Below, in pieces: positions 1 to 8,991 of a stretch of 64,000 bases of DNA (position 1 is the first letter of the stretch; every line of letters starts with the position of its first letter). The notes beneath the pieces are model-generated. The model ran no database searches. It was not told where the DNA came from and was given only the letters and a program-made list of their open reading frames with translations. The stretch comes from an uncultured bacterium (GTDB lineage: Bacteria > Acidobacteriota > Thermoanaerobaculia > Multivoradales > JAHZIX01): NCBI GenBank assembly GCA_965368975.1, contig CBDUPA010000001.1, forward strand, positions 640,001 to 704,000, given 5' to 3'. Position numbers and translations under genes: made by a program.

Positions 1-337
1 CGGGAGCGGGGCACGGATCACCCCAGTCGACGCGGTAAGCCTCGGGGATCCACATCAGCGGCAACGCCAGCTGCAGCCGGGTAGTACCTCGGCTACGCAG
101 GGTGTAGCGTGGGGTCAGGCTGATCGTGAGGCGCTCAGACGAAGCAGCCTCGAGGTCGATGACGCCGGCATTGACTTCGAGGCTCCAGCGCGACGGACAG
201 GCCTGCACGTCGATGCCGCCGCGCTTGAGGGTCTGCGCTTCAGAGCTTGCCGTGCCGAGCACGACCAGGAGCGCCGCCAGGAGCCGCCGGCATCCGAAGC
301 GGTGCGGGGTCGCACAGAGAAAGGTGGTCTTGCGCAT
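1..337 (-). CDS. Secreted hypothetical protein, partial (runs off window start)
   Basis: ATG at 337 after GGAGG RBS, just downstream of the S8 gene stop. My translation MRKTTFLCATPHRFGCRRLLAALLVVLGTASSEAQTLK... has a signal-peptide-like N-terminus and is open to position 1. Not in the ORF track. Confidence 0.7.
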   Translation of the reverse strand, partial: MRKTTFLCATPHRFGCRRLLAALLVVLGTASSEAQTLKRGGIDVQACPSRWSLEVNAGVIDLEAASSERLTISLTPRYTLRSRGTTRLQLALPLMWIPEAYRVDWGDPCPAP

Positions 338-350
338 GATCTAGACCTCC

Positions 351-2612
351 TCACTGTCCCAGCAGGACGGGACTCTCGGTCGGGCCGTCCTGGGTCATGA
401 AGTGGAGCAGGACGGTGGGACGTCGACCGCCGTGTTGCGCCGCGTCCAACCACTCGTGCCGGATGCCGTGGAAGATCCGGCTGTCACCCGGCTGCAAGGG
501 TGTCGTCAGCGGCAAGGCGATGTACCGGTCGCCAATGCGCAGCGTCGGCGACGTCAGTGGGTACTCAGGGTCCCAGCCGGGGTCGATGTTGACGTGCAGG
601 CTCCACGTCGTCGTCCCGGTTCTAGTCGTCTCAGGACCTCCCGAGCCGTCCGTGTCGACCCACAGGCCGCCGCTCGGTGGGGGCTCCGGCGTCAGGTCGC
701 AGCCCACGCACGGATTGCCCTGCGGCTGCGGTCCCGTCCACGGCCGGGCCCAGATACCGTAGTACTGGCGGAAGGGGCACGGACTGGCCGCCGTCTCTCC
801 GGGTGGATGGTAGAAGTCGCCCGAGCCACAGAATTCGGGCAAGGTGCCCGCCAGCTCGACGACGCCGACGTCCATGCCGCGCGTATGGGTGTGCAAGACC
901 GACAGCTTGGGTCGTTGGGTGTCGGGTGCCGGGCACGAAACTGAGCATTCCGTGTCCCCGTGGGTCGACGCAGGCTCGCAGCCGAGGGCCAGAGCGACCG
1001 CTGGGCAGACGCCGACACGGCGCACCGCCGGAGCCGTCGAGCCCAGGAAGACGTTGGCTCGACGCTCGACGGGGCGGCCCGCTCGTTCGACCAGCTCCAT
1101 GACCTGGTGCCGCGACAGCTCCGGCCGCGTCTGCCAGGCCGCCGCGGCGGCGCTGGCGACGACGGTGGTGGCGACCGACGAACCGGTGAGGAAGGATGCG
1201 CGCGCCCGCGGCTTCGAGGCGTTCGGCTCGGGCGGATGCTCGATCATCGCATGATCGGCATAGGCCACGCGGGCCGGCTCGGACTCGGGACGTGCATTGG
1301 CCAGGGCCAGATCGTTCCCGTGCACTCCCCCCGCTGCGTAGAGCAGGGGCTGGCGCGCCGACTGTGCGTCAAAGGAGCCCTGTGCATCGAAGGAGCCCTG
1401 GTGCTCGGTGCCGAGCAGGCGTTCACAGTCGCGGGCATCCGGCGCCGGACGTCGTTCCCAGGCTGCCGGGAGCAACGGACCGCTCTCGACTTCCGGGCCG
1501 CCGGTGCGGTTGCCGGCCGCGACGACCACCATGGCTCCCTGGCAGCTGGCGATTTCGAGCGTCCGGTAGAGCGTGCGCACCGGTAAGGGCATGTCGCGCA
1601 CGCGCCGCTCCAAGCCGCCGAAGCGCTCACCGACCCAGCCCAGGGACAGGTTGAGCACCAGATGGTCCTCGCCGCCGCGCCGCCAAGCGAGCAGTTCCCC
1701 CCAGACCGCCTGGGCCAGCTGGTCGATGGTGCCGAAGTAGCCGCCGCTGGACCAGTCGAAAGTCGTCTGCGTCGGGTCCGCCCAGTCGAAGGCAGCGATC
1801 GGCATCGCCAGCCGCGTGGTGATCCGGACCGGGCAGCTTGCTCCGGCTTCCGTTCCACCGTCGCAGATCAGCTGGCTGGCGAGCTGCTGCAGCGCGTAGC
1901 CGTGATCCGACCTGCCGCTGGCAGTCAGGTCCGAGGGCTGCGTATCGAGCAGGGCCAGGCGGACGCGCGCCGCCCCGGCTGCCTCGCTGGCTGCCTCGCT
2001 GGCTGCCTCGCTGATTGTCTCGGAACCTGTGAGCCTGTTGACCTCCGGCAGCGACGGCAACGACACCGACTGTGCCTGCTGCCGGAAGTGCGTACCGATT
2101 TCGCGCCACACCGCGGGATCGTGGCCGGCCATCGGTGCCACCGCGGCACAGCCGGATTCCACCTCGCGCAGGCGATCCGCCTGTACTTGCTCTTCGAGGA
2201 AGCGCATCAGCATCGCCCGTGCCGCTTCAGTCGAGACGGTCGGCACGTGCTCAGCGTCGGTGTCTCCCGCTTGCTTCGGGGATATTTGGTAGACGCAGTA
2301 GGGCGACAGTGCCGGTGGCAGGGAGTCGTCATCGGGTTCGAAGAGCGAGCCTCCCGTCCAGGTGAGGCCGGGAATCGCGGGCAGCGACGGGCACGTAGCC
2401 TGCTTCTTTCCCTTGACGGCCACCCAGCGCCAGGCCGGGCAGGCCGCGCGCGTGTCGATCGGCGGATCCGTCGGCAGATCCGGCGGCGGATAGTCCGGGT
2501 ACATCGGTGGCGTGGGGGCGGCGCCCGAGCATTGCGCAGAGGCCGATGGGATGCTGCCGAGAGTGGCGAGAGAGAAGAGTATCCAGGCGGTGAGCTGCTT
2601 CAAGTATCGCAT
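351..2612 (-). CDS. Secreted S8 (subtilase-like) serine peptidase, Cys-rich
   Basis: Signal peptide (MRYLKQLTAWILFSLATLG..ASA). Triad-like motifs LALLDT (Asp), SDHG (His), TGSSVA (Ser), plus LNLSLG and VVVAAGN (oxyanion Asn). Start chosen at ATG 2612 after GGAGGG. Confidence 0.75.
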   Translation of the reverse strand: MRYLKQLTAWILFSLATLGSIPSASAQCSGAAPTPPMYPDYPPPDLPTDPPIDTRAACPAWRWVAVKGKKQATCPSLPAIPGLTWTGGSLFEPDDDSLPPALSPYCVYQISPKQAGDTDAEHVPTVSTEAARAMLMRFLEEQVQADRLREVESGCAAVAPMAGHDPAVWREIGTHFRQQAQSVSLPSLPEVNRLTGSETISEAASEAASEAAGAARVRLALLDTQPSDLTASGRSDHGYALQQLASQLICDGGTEAGASCPVRITTRLAMPIAAFDWADPTQTTFDWSSGGYFGTIDQLAQAVWGELLAWRRGGEDHLVLNLSLGWVGERFGGLERRVRDMPLPVRTLYRTLEIASCQGAMVVVAAGNRTGGPEVESGPLLPAAWERRPAPDARDCERLLGTEHQGSFDAQGSFDAQSARQPLLYAAGGVHGNDLALANARPESEPARVAYADHAMIEHPPEPNASKPRARASFLTGSSVATTVVASAAAAAWQTRPELSRHQVMELVERAGRPVERRANVFLGSTAPAVRRVGVCPAVALALGCEPASTHGDTECSVSCPAPDTQRPKLSVLHTHTRGMDVGVVELAGTLPEFCGSGDFYHPPGETAASPCPFRQYYGIWARPWTGPQPQGNPCVGCDLTPEPPPSGGLWVDTDGSGGPETTRTGTTTWSLHVNIDPGWDPEYPLTSPTLRIGDRYIALPLTTPLQPGDSRIFHGIRHEWLDAAQHGGRRPTVLLHFMTQDGPTESPVLLGQ

Positions 2613-2708
2613 TGGGGAGTCCCTCCATGAGTCGTTCATCTCCCCCTTTGCGACGGCCCCTCATCTTTGACGCTCTATCTGTCGCGGAGCCCCGTCCCCG
2701 GCGGGGAG

Positions 2709-5700
2709 TCAGGGTTCGAGTAGGCGAAAACTCGCCCAGTCGGCCGTCGGTTCCGCGCGTCGCCAGTCGAGCTGCGCCTGGCGCAGGCGCTCGCCCAGGT
2801 TCTTCCCATTCCCGGTATAGAAACGGTGGAACAGGGCTTCCGTGTCGCGATCGCCGACCGGTCGCAAAGAAGCGACAACAGCCGAGGAGCCGGCGACCAG
2901 GAAGGCCTGGGCCAAACCCAGACCGGCGGTTCTCGCGCCGTCTTCGCGCCCACCCGACGGGCCCAGCGCGCGCGCGCTGTCGCAGCCCGACAGCACCACC
3001 CAGGTCGGAGCCTCGGGTAGCGCCAGGACGTCACCCAGGGTCAGGCGACCGTCGTCGGCCAGCAGCAGCGCGCTGTCCCAGCCGAAGCGCCCGGCACGCA
3101 CACTGTGTCCGGCGACGTGCAGGAGGTCGATGTCTTCGAGTCGTCCCTGCAGCGCTGCCAGGGTGGCCTCGTGCTGTTGCAAGCTCTCTACCCGCGTGTA
3201 CCCATGCTCGGTGAGCAACGCAGCCGTGTGCTCGGCCTCGCGTCGCGCCGCTGGCAAGTCGCCGCGCGGATCTCCCACTACCAGGGCTCGCCGTGGTGTC
3301 CTTGGAGAAGCTGGCGCCGTCAAGTCGAGGCTGTAGACCACCGGCAGCGCGGCGAGCACGACGTCGCCGTTCCAGGGCAAGGCGTGGACGTCGACGTCCT
3401 GCAACGGACCGTGAGCCAGGATGCGCAGCCGCCGACTGGCGTCGATGGCGTCGCGGAAGGGCGCCAGCAGCTGGTCCGCGAGTCGCGGTGGATCGGCCAG
3501 GAGCTCGGCGTCCAGGTCGAAGCGGTGGCTTTCTACCGCGGGACGGCCGTCGTTGCCGAGCCGTGCCGCGAACACGACCCAGGGCTGCGCGCCGCGAGCG
3601 TCGGCAGTGTCAGGTTGGACGCCGCGCTGAGCCAGCGGATGAAACGCCAGCACCAGTTCTCCCGCGCGCAAGGGGGGAGGTGGAGCCGGTGGTTGGGTGT
3701 CGAGAACCTGGAAGCTACGGTCGAGCGCTTGCAACGCCTGCTGCTGCCGCGTCGAGTATCGCGCTTCGGCGACGTCGAGCCGGCGGCGCGACAGCGTCCA
3801 GTGCTCGGCCGCGGCGGCCTCGCTCTGCGCGCGTTGCTGCACGTATTCGGCGACGCCGAGGTCCCAGCGTGCCTGCTCTTCAGCGGTCAGTCGCGCGCGG
3901 CGATGCCCCTGGCGCACCGAGTGCAGGACGCGGGCGCGCGAGCGGCGGGCCGCGTCGAAGGCGTCGGCGACCCGGTCTTGGTCCAGCAGCAGGCTGATCT
4001 GCCGCCGCGCGCTCAGCTGGCGGGCGTTGTCGAAGGCGAAGCGTCCCTTGGCCAGCGGTACTAGCAGGCTTTGCTGATCGACCTGTCTCTCGGCCTCGGC
4101 ATAGGCGGTCAGAGCCGCGTCGACGTCACCGAGCAGTTCGTGAGCACCTGCCTGTTGCACTTTGGACCACCAGACCGCTTGCGGGTCGAAGGCTCGCGCG
4201 GCGAGTCGCTCCATGTCGGCATAGGTGTCCAGGGCTTTGAAGCCGTTGCTCTCGAGCAGAGCCAGCCGACCCTCGATATCGAGACGCCACAGGTGGTGCA
4301 GTGCATTGGCCCGCGCTTCGAAGGCCGCGGCCTGGTCCAGTGCTGCGTGGGCTTCCCAGGTCTCGCCGCGCTGCGTGTGGGCGAGGGCGAGGTTCAACCA
4401 CAGATCCAGCGGTAGCCAGCTGTCGCAGTCGCCGCCGCCCGTCGTGCTCGATTCCAAGGCTCGCCGCAGTAGCGGCAGCGGGTCGACCAGGCCTTCGCCG
4501 TCGAACAGCTGTGTCCAGGCGAAGGAGTTGAGCAGTTCCGCTTGCTGACAAGGCGGATGATCGGTATCAGGCCGCTCGGCGAAGGCGCGCACCAACTCCG
4601 CCGCTTCGTCGCGTCGCCCCAGTCGCTGCAGCACCAGCGCCTGCCGGGCCAGCACTGAGTCACGCAGGTGCTGGTTCAGATTCAAGCGGCGGCTCGTCTC
4701 GACGGCGTCCTGGAACACCTCCAGGGCGGTCCGGAAGTCTCCGAGGTCACTGTGTAGCGATCCCTCGTAGTACCCGAGGATGACAGTGGCTTCGCCCGGA
4801 ATGTGGGAAACCGGCAGCTCAGCCAGGCGCGGGCGGATCGTCTCGGCATGCTGCAATCGGCGCACGAAGTCGCGCGATTCGTTGTCGAGCCAGTTCAGGG
4901 TGGCGAAGTCCTGAGCCAGTTGGAGCAAGTTCCCCTGGGTCAGGTGGTGTTCGACGGCGGCTTCGAGCTGTTGTCGCATCTCGTCCCGGGACGGCGCCAG
5001 CTTGGCTTGCAGGCTCAGCACGAAGCCCAGCAGCTCCTCAGGCACCTCGTCGGCGTGTTCGTGCAACAGCCGCCGCGCACGCTCCGGATCTCGCCGCGAC
5101 CACCCGCGCGCCTCGTCCAGCCAGCGTGGCTGATCGGGCTCGACCAGAGCGAGCCGGAAGGTCCGTTCCCGGCCGTCCTCGATAGCGCTGACCCGTATCT
5201 CCATAGCGCCCGAAGCTACGGGGTTCGCCTCGATTGGTAGCGTGAAGCGCCACCCACCGTCGACGCTCTGCGCCACCTCGGACCTCGTGTCGAAGGCGCG
5301 ATCGTCGACCTGCACCCTGAGATCCGTCTCCGGCGCCGAGCGCGCCCAGACGGTTACGGTGGCACTGGGCTCACAGGCCGGTCCCGGTCGCACCTCCCGG
5401 CAGCCGGCGTAGCGCACCTCCAGCGGTACGCCCTCGCCTCCGCCCACCTCGTCCGCGATCCGGAAGGGTACGGTGAGCCACCGCCAGCGGGTGTCGGTGC
5501 CCTCCGTCGCAGCTTGCAGCTCGTCGAGCGTCGCGGCTGCCGGCAGCTCGGCGCCCGCCGGTCCGTAGACGAAGACGAGCCGCCAGGAACCGGGATCGAG
5601 CGCCAGATCTTCACCCACCACGCCGCGTACGCGCACGACACCGCTGGCGGTCACCTCGTCACCGGTCACCTCGTCATCGGCCGGCCAGGGCAGCAAGACA

Positions 5701-6344
5701 CCGTCGTCACTCGCCAGGTACAGGCGGTATGCCGGCTCCAGGTCGTCCTCGGGTTGCAGGGTCAGGTCGAAGGTCGTGCCGAAGGTGAACACCGGCACCT
5801 CTTCGGCGGCACCTCGGGGAGAGCGTGTCGTCGCGGGTGGGTTGCGCCACTTCGCTTCGTAGGAGGCCACTTCGACCACCTGGACGCCTCGGGAACCCTG
5901 CCAGAGAAGACGTCCGGGACCGTTCACCAGCAACCACAGGCCGAGCACCGCGACGGTGAGTCCGGCAGCTGCCGCGAGCCACCATTGTGGGGTCGTGCGA
6001 GGCCGAGCCGTCCAGGGAGAGGAGTCCGGTTCTTCCGCTGTCCGCAGGCCCTGCAGGCGTTCGAGCACGCTGCCGTGAAACTCCTCGCCCAGCGGTCGGA
6101 ACGCCTCGAAGTCCAAGCGTGTCGCATCCGACCGCTCAGCTTCGAGCCGCAACTCTTCGAGCTCGTCGGTGGACAGCTGGCCGCGTGTCAGCCGGTGTAG
6201 ACGCTGGCCGGTGTGCTGTGCGTCCTCGTGCTCGTCCCGGCGCGCCAGCTCCCCGAGCTGCTCGAGCAGGCCGTCTTCTTCGCGGGGCCCGCCGTTCATG
6301 GGGCTGCCGTTCGTGGGCCCACGATCTGTAGGTATGTCGCTCAT
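2709..6344 (-). CDS. Membrane-anchored anti-sigma-like N-terminus fused to TPR repeats and a C-terminal CHAT (caspase-like) domain
   Basis: ATG 6344 overlaps the sigma stop (ATGA). TM helix WWLAAAAGLTVAVLGLWLLV, then a helical TPR-like region, then CHAT motifs DLPAARREA, LLHVAGH (His), VVLSGCDS (Cys), GLAQAFLVAG, WASF. Confidence 0.85.
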   Translation of the reverse strand: MSDIPTDRGPTNGSPMNGGPREEDGLLEQLGELARRDEHEDAQHTGQRLHRLTRGQLSTDELEELRLEAERSDATRLDFEAFRPLGEEFHGSVLERLQGLRTAEEPDSSPWTARPRTTPQWWLAAAAGLTVAVLGLWLLVNGPGRLLWQGSRGVQVVEVASYEAKWRNPPATTRSPRGAAEEVPVFTFGTTFDLTLQPEDDLEPAYRLYLASDDGVLLPWPADDEVTGDEVTASGVVRVRGVVGEDLALDPGSWRLVFVYGPAGAELPAAATLDELQAATEGTDTRWRWLTVPFRIADEVGGGEGVPLEVRYAGCREVRPGPACEPSATVTVWARSAPETDLRVQVDDRAFDTRSEVAQSVDGGWRFTLPIEANPVASGAMEIRVSAIEDGRERTFRLALVEPDQPRWLDEARGWSRRDPERARRLLHEHADEVPEELLGFVLSLQAKLAPSRDEMRQQLEAAVEHHLTQGNLLQLAQDFATLNWLDNESRDFVRRLQHAETIRPRLAELPVSHIPGEATVILGYYEGSLHSDLGDFRTALEVFQDAVETSRRLNLNQHLRDSVLARQALVLQRLGRRDEAAELVRAFAERPDTDHPPCQQAELLNSFAWTQLFDGEGLVDPLPLLRRALESSTTGGGDCDSWLPLDLWLNLALAHTQRGETWEAHAALDQAAAFEARANALHHLWRLDIEGRLALLESNGFKALDTYADMERLAARAFDPQAVWWSKVQQAGAHELLGDVDAALTAYAEAERQVDQQSLLVPLAKGRFAFDNARQLSARRQISLLLDQDRVADAFDAARRSRARVLHSVRQGHRRARLTAEEQARWDLGVAEYVQQRAQSEAAAAEHWTLSRRRLDVAEARYSTRQQQALQALDRSFQVLDTQPPAPPPPLRAGELVLAFHPLAQRGVQPDTADARGAQPWVVFAARLGNDGRPAVESHRFDLDAELLADPPRLADQLLAPFRDAIDASRRLRILAHGPLQDVDVHALPWNGDVVLAALPVVYSLDLTAPASPRTPRRALVVGDPRGDLPAARREAEHTAALLTEHGYTRVESLQQHEATLAALQGRLEDIDLLHVAGHSVRAGRFGWDSALLLADDGRLTLGDVLALPEAPTWVVLSGCDSARALGPSGGREDGARTAGLGLAQAFLVAGSSAVVASLRPVGDRDTEALFHRFYTGNGKNLGERLRQAQLDWRRAEPTADWASFRLLEP

Positions 6345-7003
6345 GGCCGCACCCCCTTGCGCCGACCGGCCTTCGTCGCCGAAGACTCGTCGCGCCGCCT
6401 GCGCTTCGACACCAGCTCGCGACACTTGCGCGCCCGCTTGTAGAGCCGGCTGCGCCACTTGTAGACCGCCGCGACCGTGCGGCCCGAGGCTTCGGCAACG
6501 TGCTCCACCGGGTGCTCGCGCACGAAGAAGAGGTCGAAGAGGTGGAGATCCCCGGCGTGCAAGCCGGCCTGGACACATAGGTAGACCTTGCGCAACTCGT
6601 CCTGGGACAGCGCGTTGTCTTCCGGTGTCCGGCGGACCTCGGCCATCGGCAAGTCCTCGGGCGCGCTGGGCTGCTCCCGCCAGGGACTGCGCCGCGAGCG
6701 CAGTACTTGCGCGGTGCGGATGCGCGCCACGTAGCTGATGAAGCCTTCGAGAGACAGGCGTTCCGGGTCCCAGCGCCGCAGCGTGCGTCCATCGTGCTGG
6801 AACAGCTCGACGAACACCTCCTGCACCATGTCCTCGACCTCCTGCCGTAGATTCCGGCTCGCCGAACTCCCCGTGCGCCAGCGGCGCAACATGCTGGCGA
6901 CGCTCCACTGGATGTCGGGGGTCAGAGCCGCGACGAGCTGCCGCTGCGCGCCTGGATCCCCTTCCAGGGCGAGGTCGACCAGCTCGCGCGTGAGGTCGGG
7001 CAT
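6341..7003 (-). CDS. ECF-type RNA polymerase sigma-70 factor
   Basis: Region 2 (EVEDMVQEVFVELF...LRRWDP) and region 4 (VEHVAEASGRTVAAVYKWRSRL). Confidence 0.85.
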   Translation of the reverse strand: MPDLTRELVDLALEGDPGAQRQLVAALTPDIQWSVASMLRRWRTGSSASRNLRQEVEDMVQEVFVELFQHDGRTLRRWDPERLSLEGFISYVARIRTAQVLRSRRSPWREQPSAPEDLPMAEVRRTPEDNALSQDELRKVYLCVQAGLHAGDLHLFDLFFVREHPVEHVAEASGRTVAAVYKWRSRLYKRARKCRELVSKRRRRDESSATKAGRRKGVRP

Positions 7004-7311
7004 GGAAACGTGACTCCGGAGGCGCTGCTTGGAGATCGGATGCTCCCGGGGTGCGTTCTCCAGGAGACAGACAAGTGGTGTGTGCGGTCTTACGGCGTTA
7101 GTGTACATCATCAGTCTCGGTAGGAGTCGGCGAGTGGCGAAGCCGACCAGTGTCGGCCGTCAGAAGTTCTCTTTGCGGCCAGCTCGAACTTTGGACAGGG
7201 CACGCCCCGGCTCGACGCCTCGGAGCCTCGGAAATGGGCCGTGCAACCGCCCGGACGTCCTCACGTAAGTGGAGAAGACATTCCATTTCTCTCTTGAAAG
7301 GACGACTATCT

Positions 7312-8988
7312 ATGCGTACCTTCTCCTCCTTCATCCTGCTTCTGCTCACCTTGCTGAGCGCCAGCTGGCTCGCTCCCGACGCCGAAGCGCGCTCGCGCAA
7401 CGCCAAGATCCTGGTCGACGGCGCCGACATCGCCGGCACCAACGGCATCGCCGTCGGCCCGGACGGCCAGCTCTACGTGACCAGCGTCAGTGGTCGCGAG
7501 ATCGTGGTGATGGATCGCCGCTCTGGACGCATCCTCGACCGCCTGGGCATGGACCTCGGTGTCGAGACGCCGGACGACGTGGCCTTCGGTCCGGATGGCT
7601 CGCTCTACTGGACGGCCCTGTTCGCCGGCCAGGTCGGCCGCCTGCAACCCGACGGCACGGCGTCGATCGTCGCCACCCTGCCGCCCGGTCCGAACCCGAT
7701 CGCCTTCAACGCTGAAGGACGCTTGTTCGTGGGTCTGGCAGCGTTCGGCGACGGACTCTACGAGATCGATCCCGAGGGCGTGCAGCCGCCGCGGCTGATC
7801 CTGGCGGCGACCGACGGGCTGAACGGTTTCGCCTTCGGTCCCGATGGCTCGCTTTACAGCCCGCAGACCAGGACTGGCTCGATTGTGAAGATCGACGTCG
7901 ATGCGCCGAGCGTGACCGTCGTCGCCACCGGCTTCACACTGCCGGTAGCGCTCGACTTCGACAGCCAGGGGCGACTCTACGTCAACGACACTGCCGTCGA
8001 CCAGATCGTACGCCTCGACCTGGCGACCGGGCAGCGCGAGGTCTTCGCCGAGCTGTCGGACGGTGTCGACAACCTGGCTTTCGACGCCGACGACAACCTC
8101 TACGTGACCAGCTTGCTACAAGGGTCGGTGCGACGTGTCAGCCAGCCGGTGGGGGCCGCCGAGGCGCACGTACGCACCTTGCGACCGGGCGGAATGACGA
8201 CGCCGGGTGGCGTCGCGGTCTTGCCGTCGGTCGTGCCCGGTGGCGAGCGCGAAGAGGTTTGGATCGCCGACTTCTTCAGCCTGCGCGCCTTCGACGACGC
8301 CTCCGGCCAGGAGCGTGTCTTCGAGCCCTCGATCCCCGGCATCTCCGCCATCACCGCGCCCTTCACTGCCGCTCCGGCACCGGGAACCAACGGCGAGCCG
8401 CGCCTGCTGCTCACGTCGTGGTTGCTCAACGCGGTGCAGCTCTATGCCGCTGAGAGCGGGCAGATCGTGCTCAATCTGAACGACTTCGCCGTGCCGCTGA
8501 ACGCGATTCAGTTCCAGGGCGACCTGGTCGTCGCCGAGCTCGGCACCGGCTCGGTCGTGCGCGCCGATGGTGCCGATCCGTCGCAACGCACGACGATCGG
8601 CGCCGGCCTCTTCGTGCCCACCGGCCTGGCCGCGTCGGACGACGACCTGTGGGCCGCCGATTGGGCCACCGGCAGCGTCTTCCAGCTGATCCAGGCAGGC
8701 CAGGTTCTCGCCGCCCCGGTCCTCGTTGCTTCCGGTCTCGCCGGCCCCGAAGGCCTGGCGCTGCTGCCTGACGGCAACCTGGTGGTGGTCGAGGCGCTGG
8801 CCGGCCGGGTCTCGCGCGTCGACGTCGCGACCGGCGCCGTGACACCGGTTGCGATCGACCTCGGCCTCGGCGCGCCGCCGCCGCCCCTGGCGCCACCGAC
8901 CTGGATCTTCAACGGCGTCGCGGTCGGCGCCCGGGGGCGGCTGTACGTCAGCGGTGACGTCGAGAACGTGGTCTACGAGCTGCGTTGA
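7312..8988 (+). CDS. Secreted SMP-30/gluconolactonase/NHL-like double beta-propeller protein
   Basis: Signal peptide MRTFSSFILLLL..AEA. Repeated blades NGIAVGPDGQLYV, DDVAFGPDGSLYW, NGFAFGPDGSLYS, PEGLALLPDGNLVV. Confidence 0.8.
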   Translation: MRTFSSFILLLLTLLSASWLAPDAEARSRNAKILVDGADIAGTNGIAVGPDGQLYVTSVSGREIVVMDRRSGRILDRLGMDLGVETPDDVAFGPDGSLYWTALFAGQVGRLQPDGTASIVATLPPGPNPIAFNAEGRLFVGLAAFGDGLYEIDPEGVQPPRLILAATDGLNGFAFGPDGSLYSPQTRTGSIVKIDVDAPSVTVVATGFTLPVALDFDSQGRLYVNDTAVDQIVRLDLATGQREVFAELSDGVDNLAFDADDNLYVTSLLQGSVRRVSQPVGAAEAHVRTLRPGGMTTPGGVAVLPSVVPGGEREEVWIADFFSLRAFDDASGQERVFEPSIPGISAITAPFTAAPAPGTNGEPRLLLTSWLLNAVQLYAAESGQIVLNLNDFAVPLNAIQFQGDLVVAELGTGSVVRADGADPSQRTTIGAGLFVPTGLAASDDDLWAADWATGSVFQLIQAGQVLAAPVLVASGLAGPEGLALLPDGNLVVVEALAGRVSRVDVATGAVTPVAIDLGLGAPPPPLAPPTWIFNGVAVGARGRLYVSGDVENVVYELR

Positions 8989-8991
8989 TGG

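Noticed and set aside
6345-6908. N-terminal extension of the 1399-aa CHAT ORF
   Set aside because: Overlaps the ECF sigma gene in another frame; the ATGA overlap at 6341-6344 marks the likely true start.
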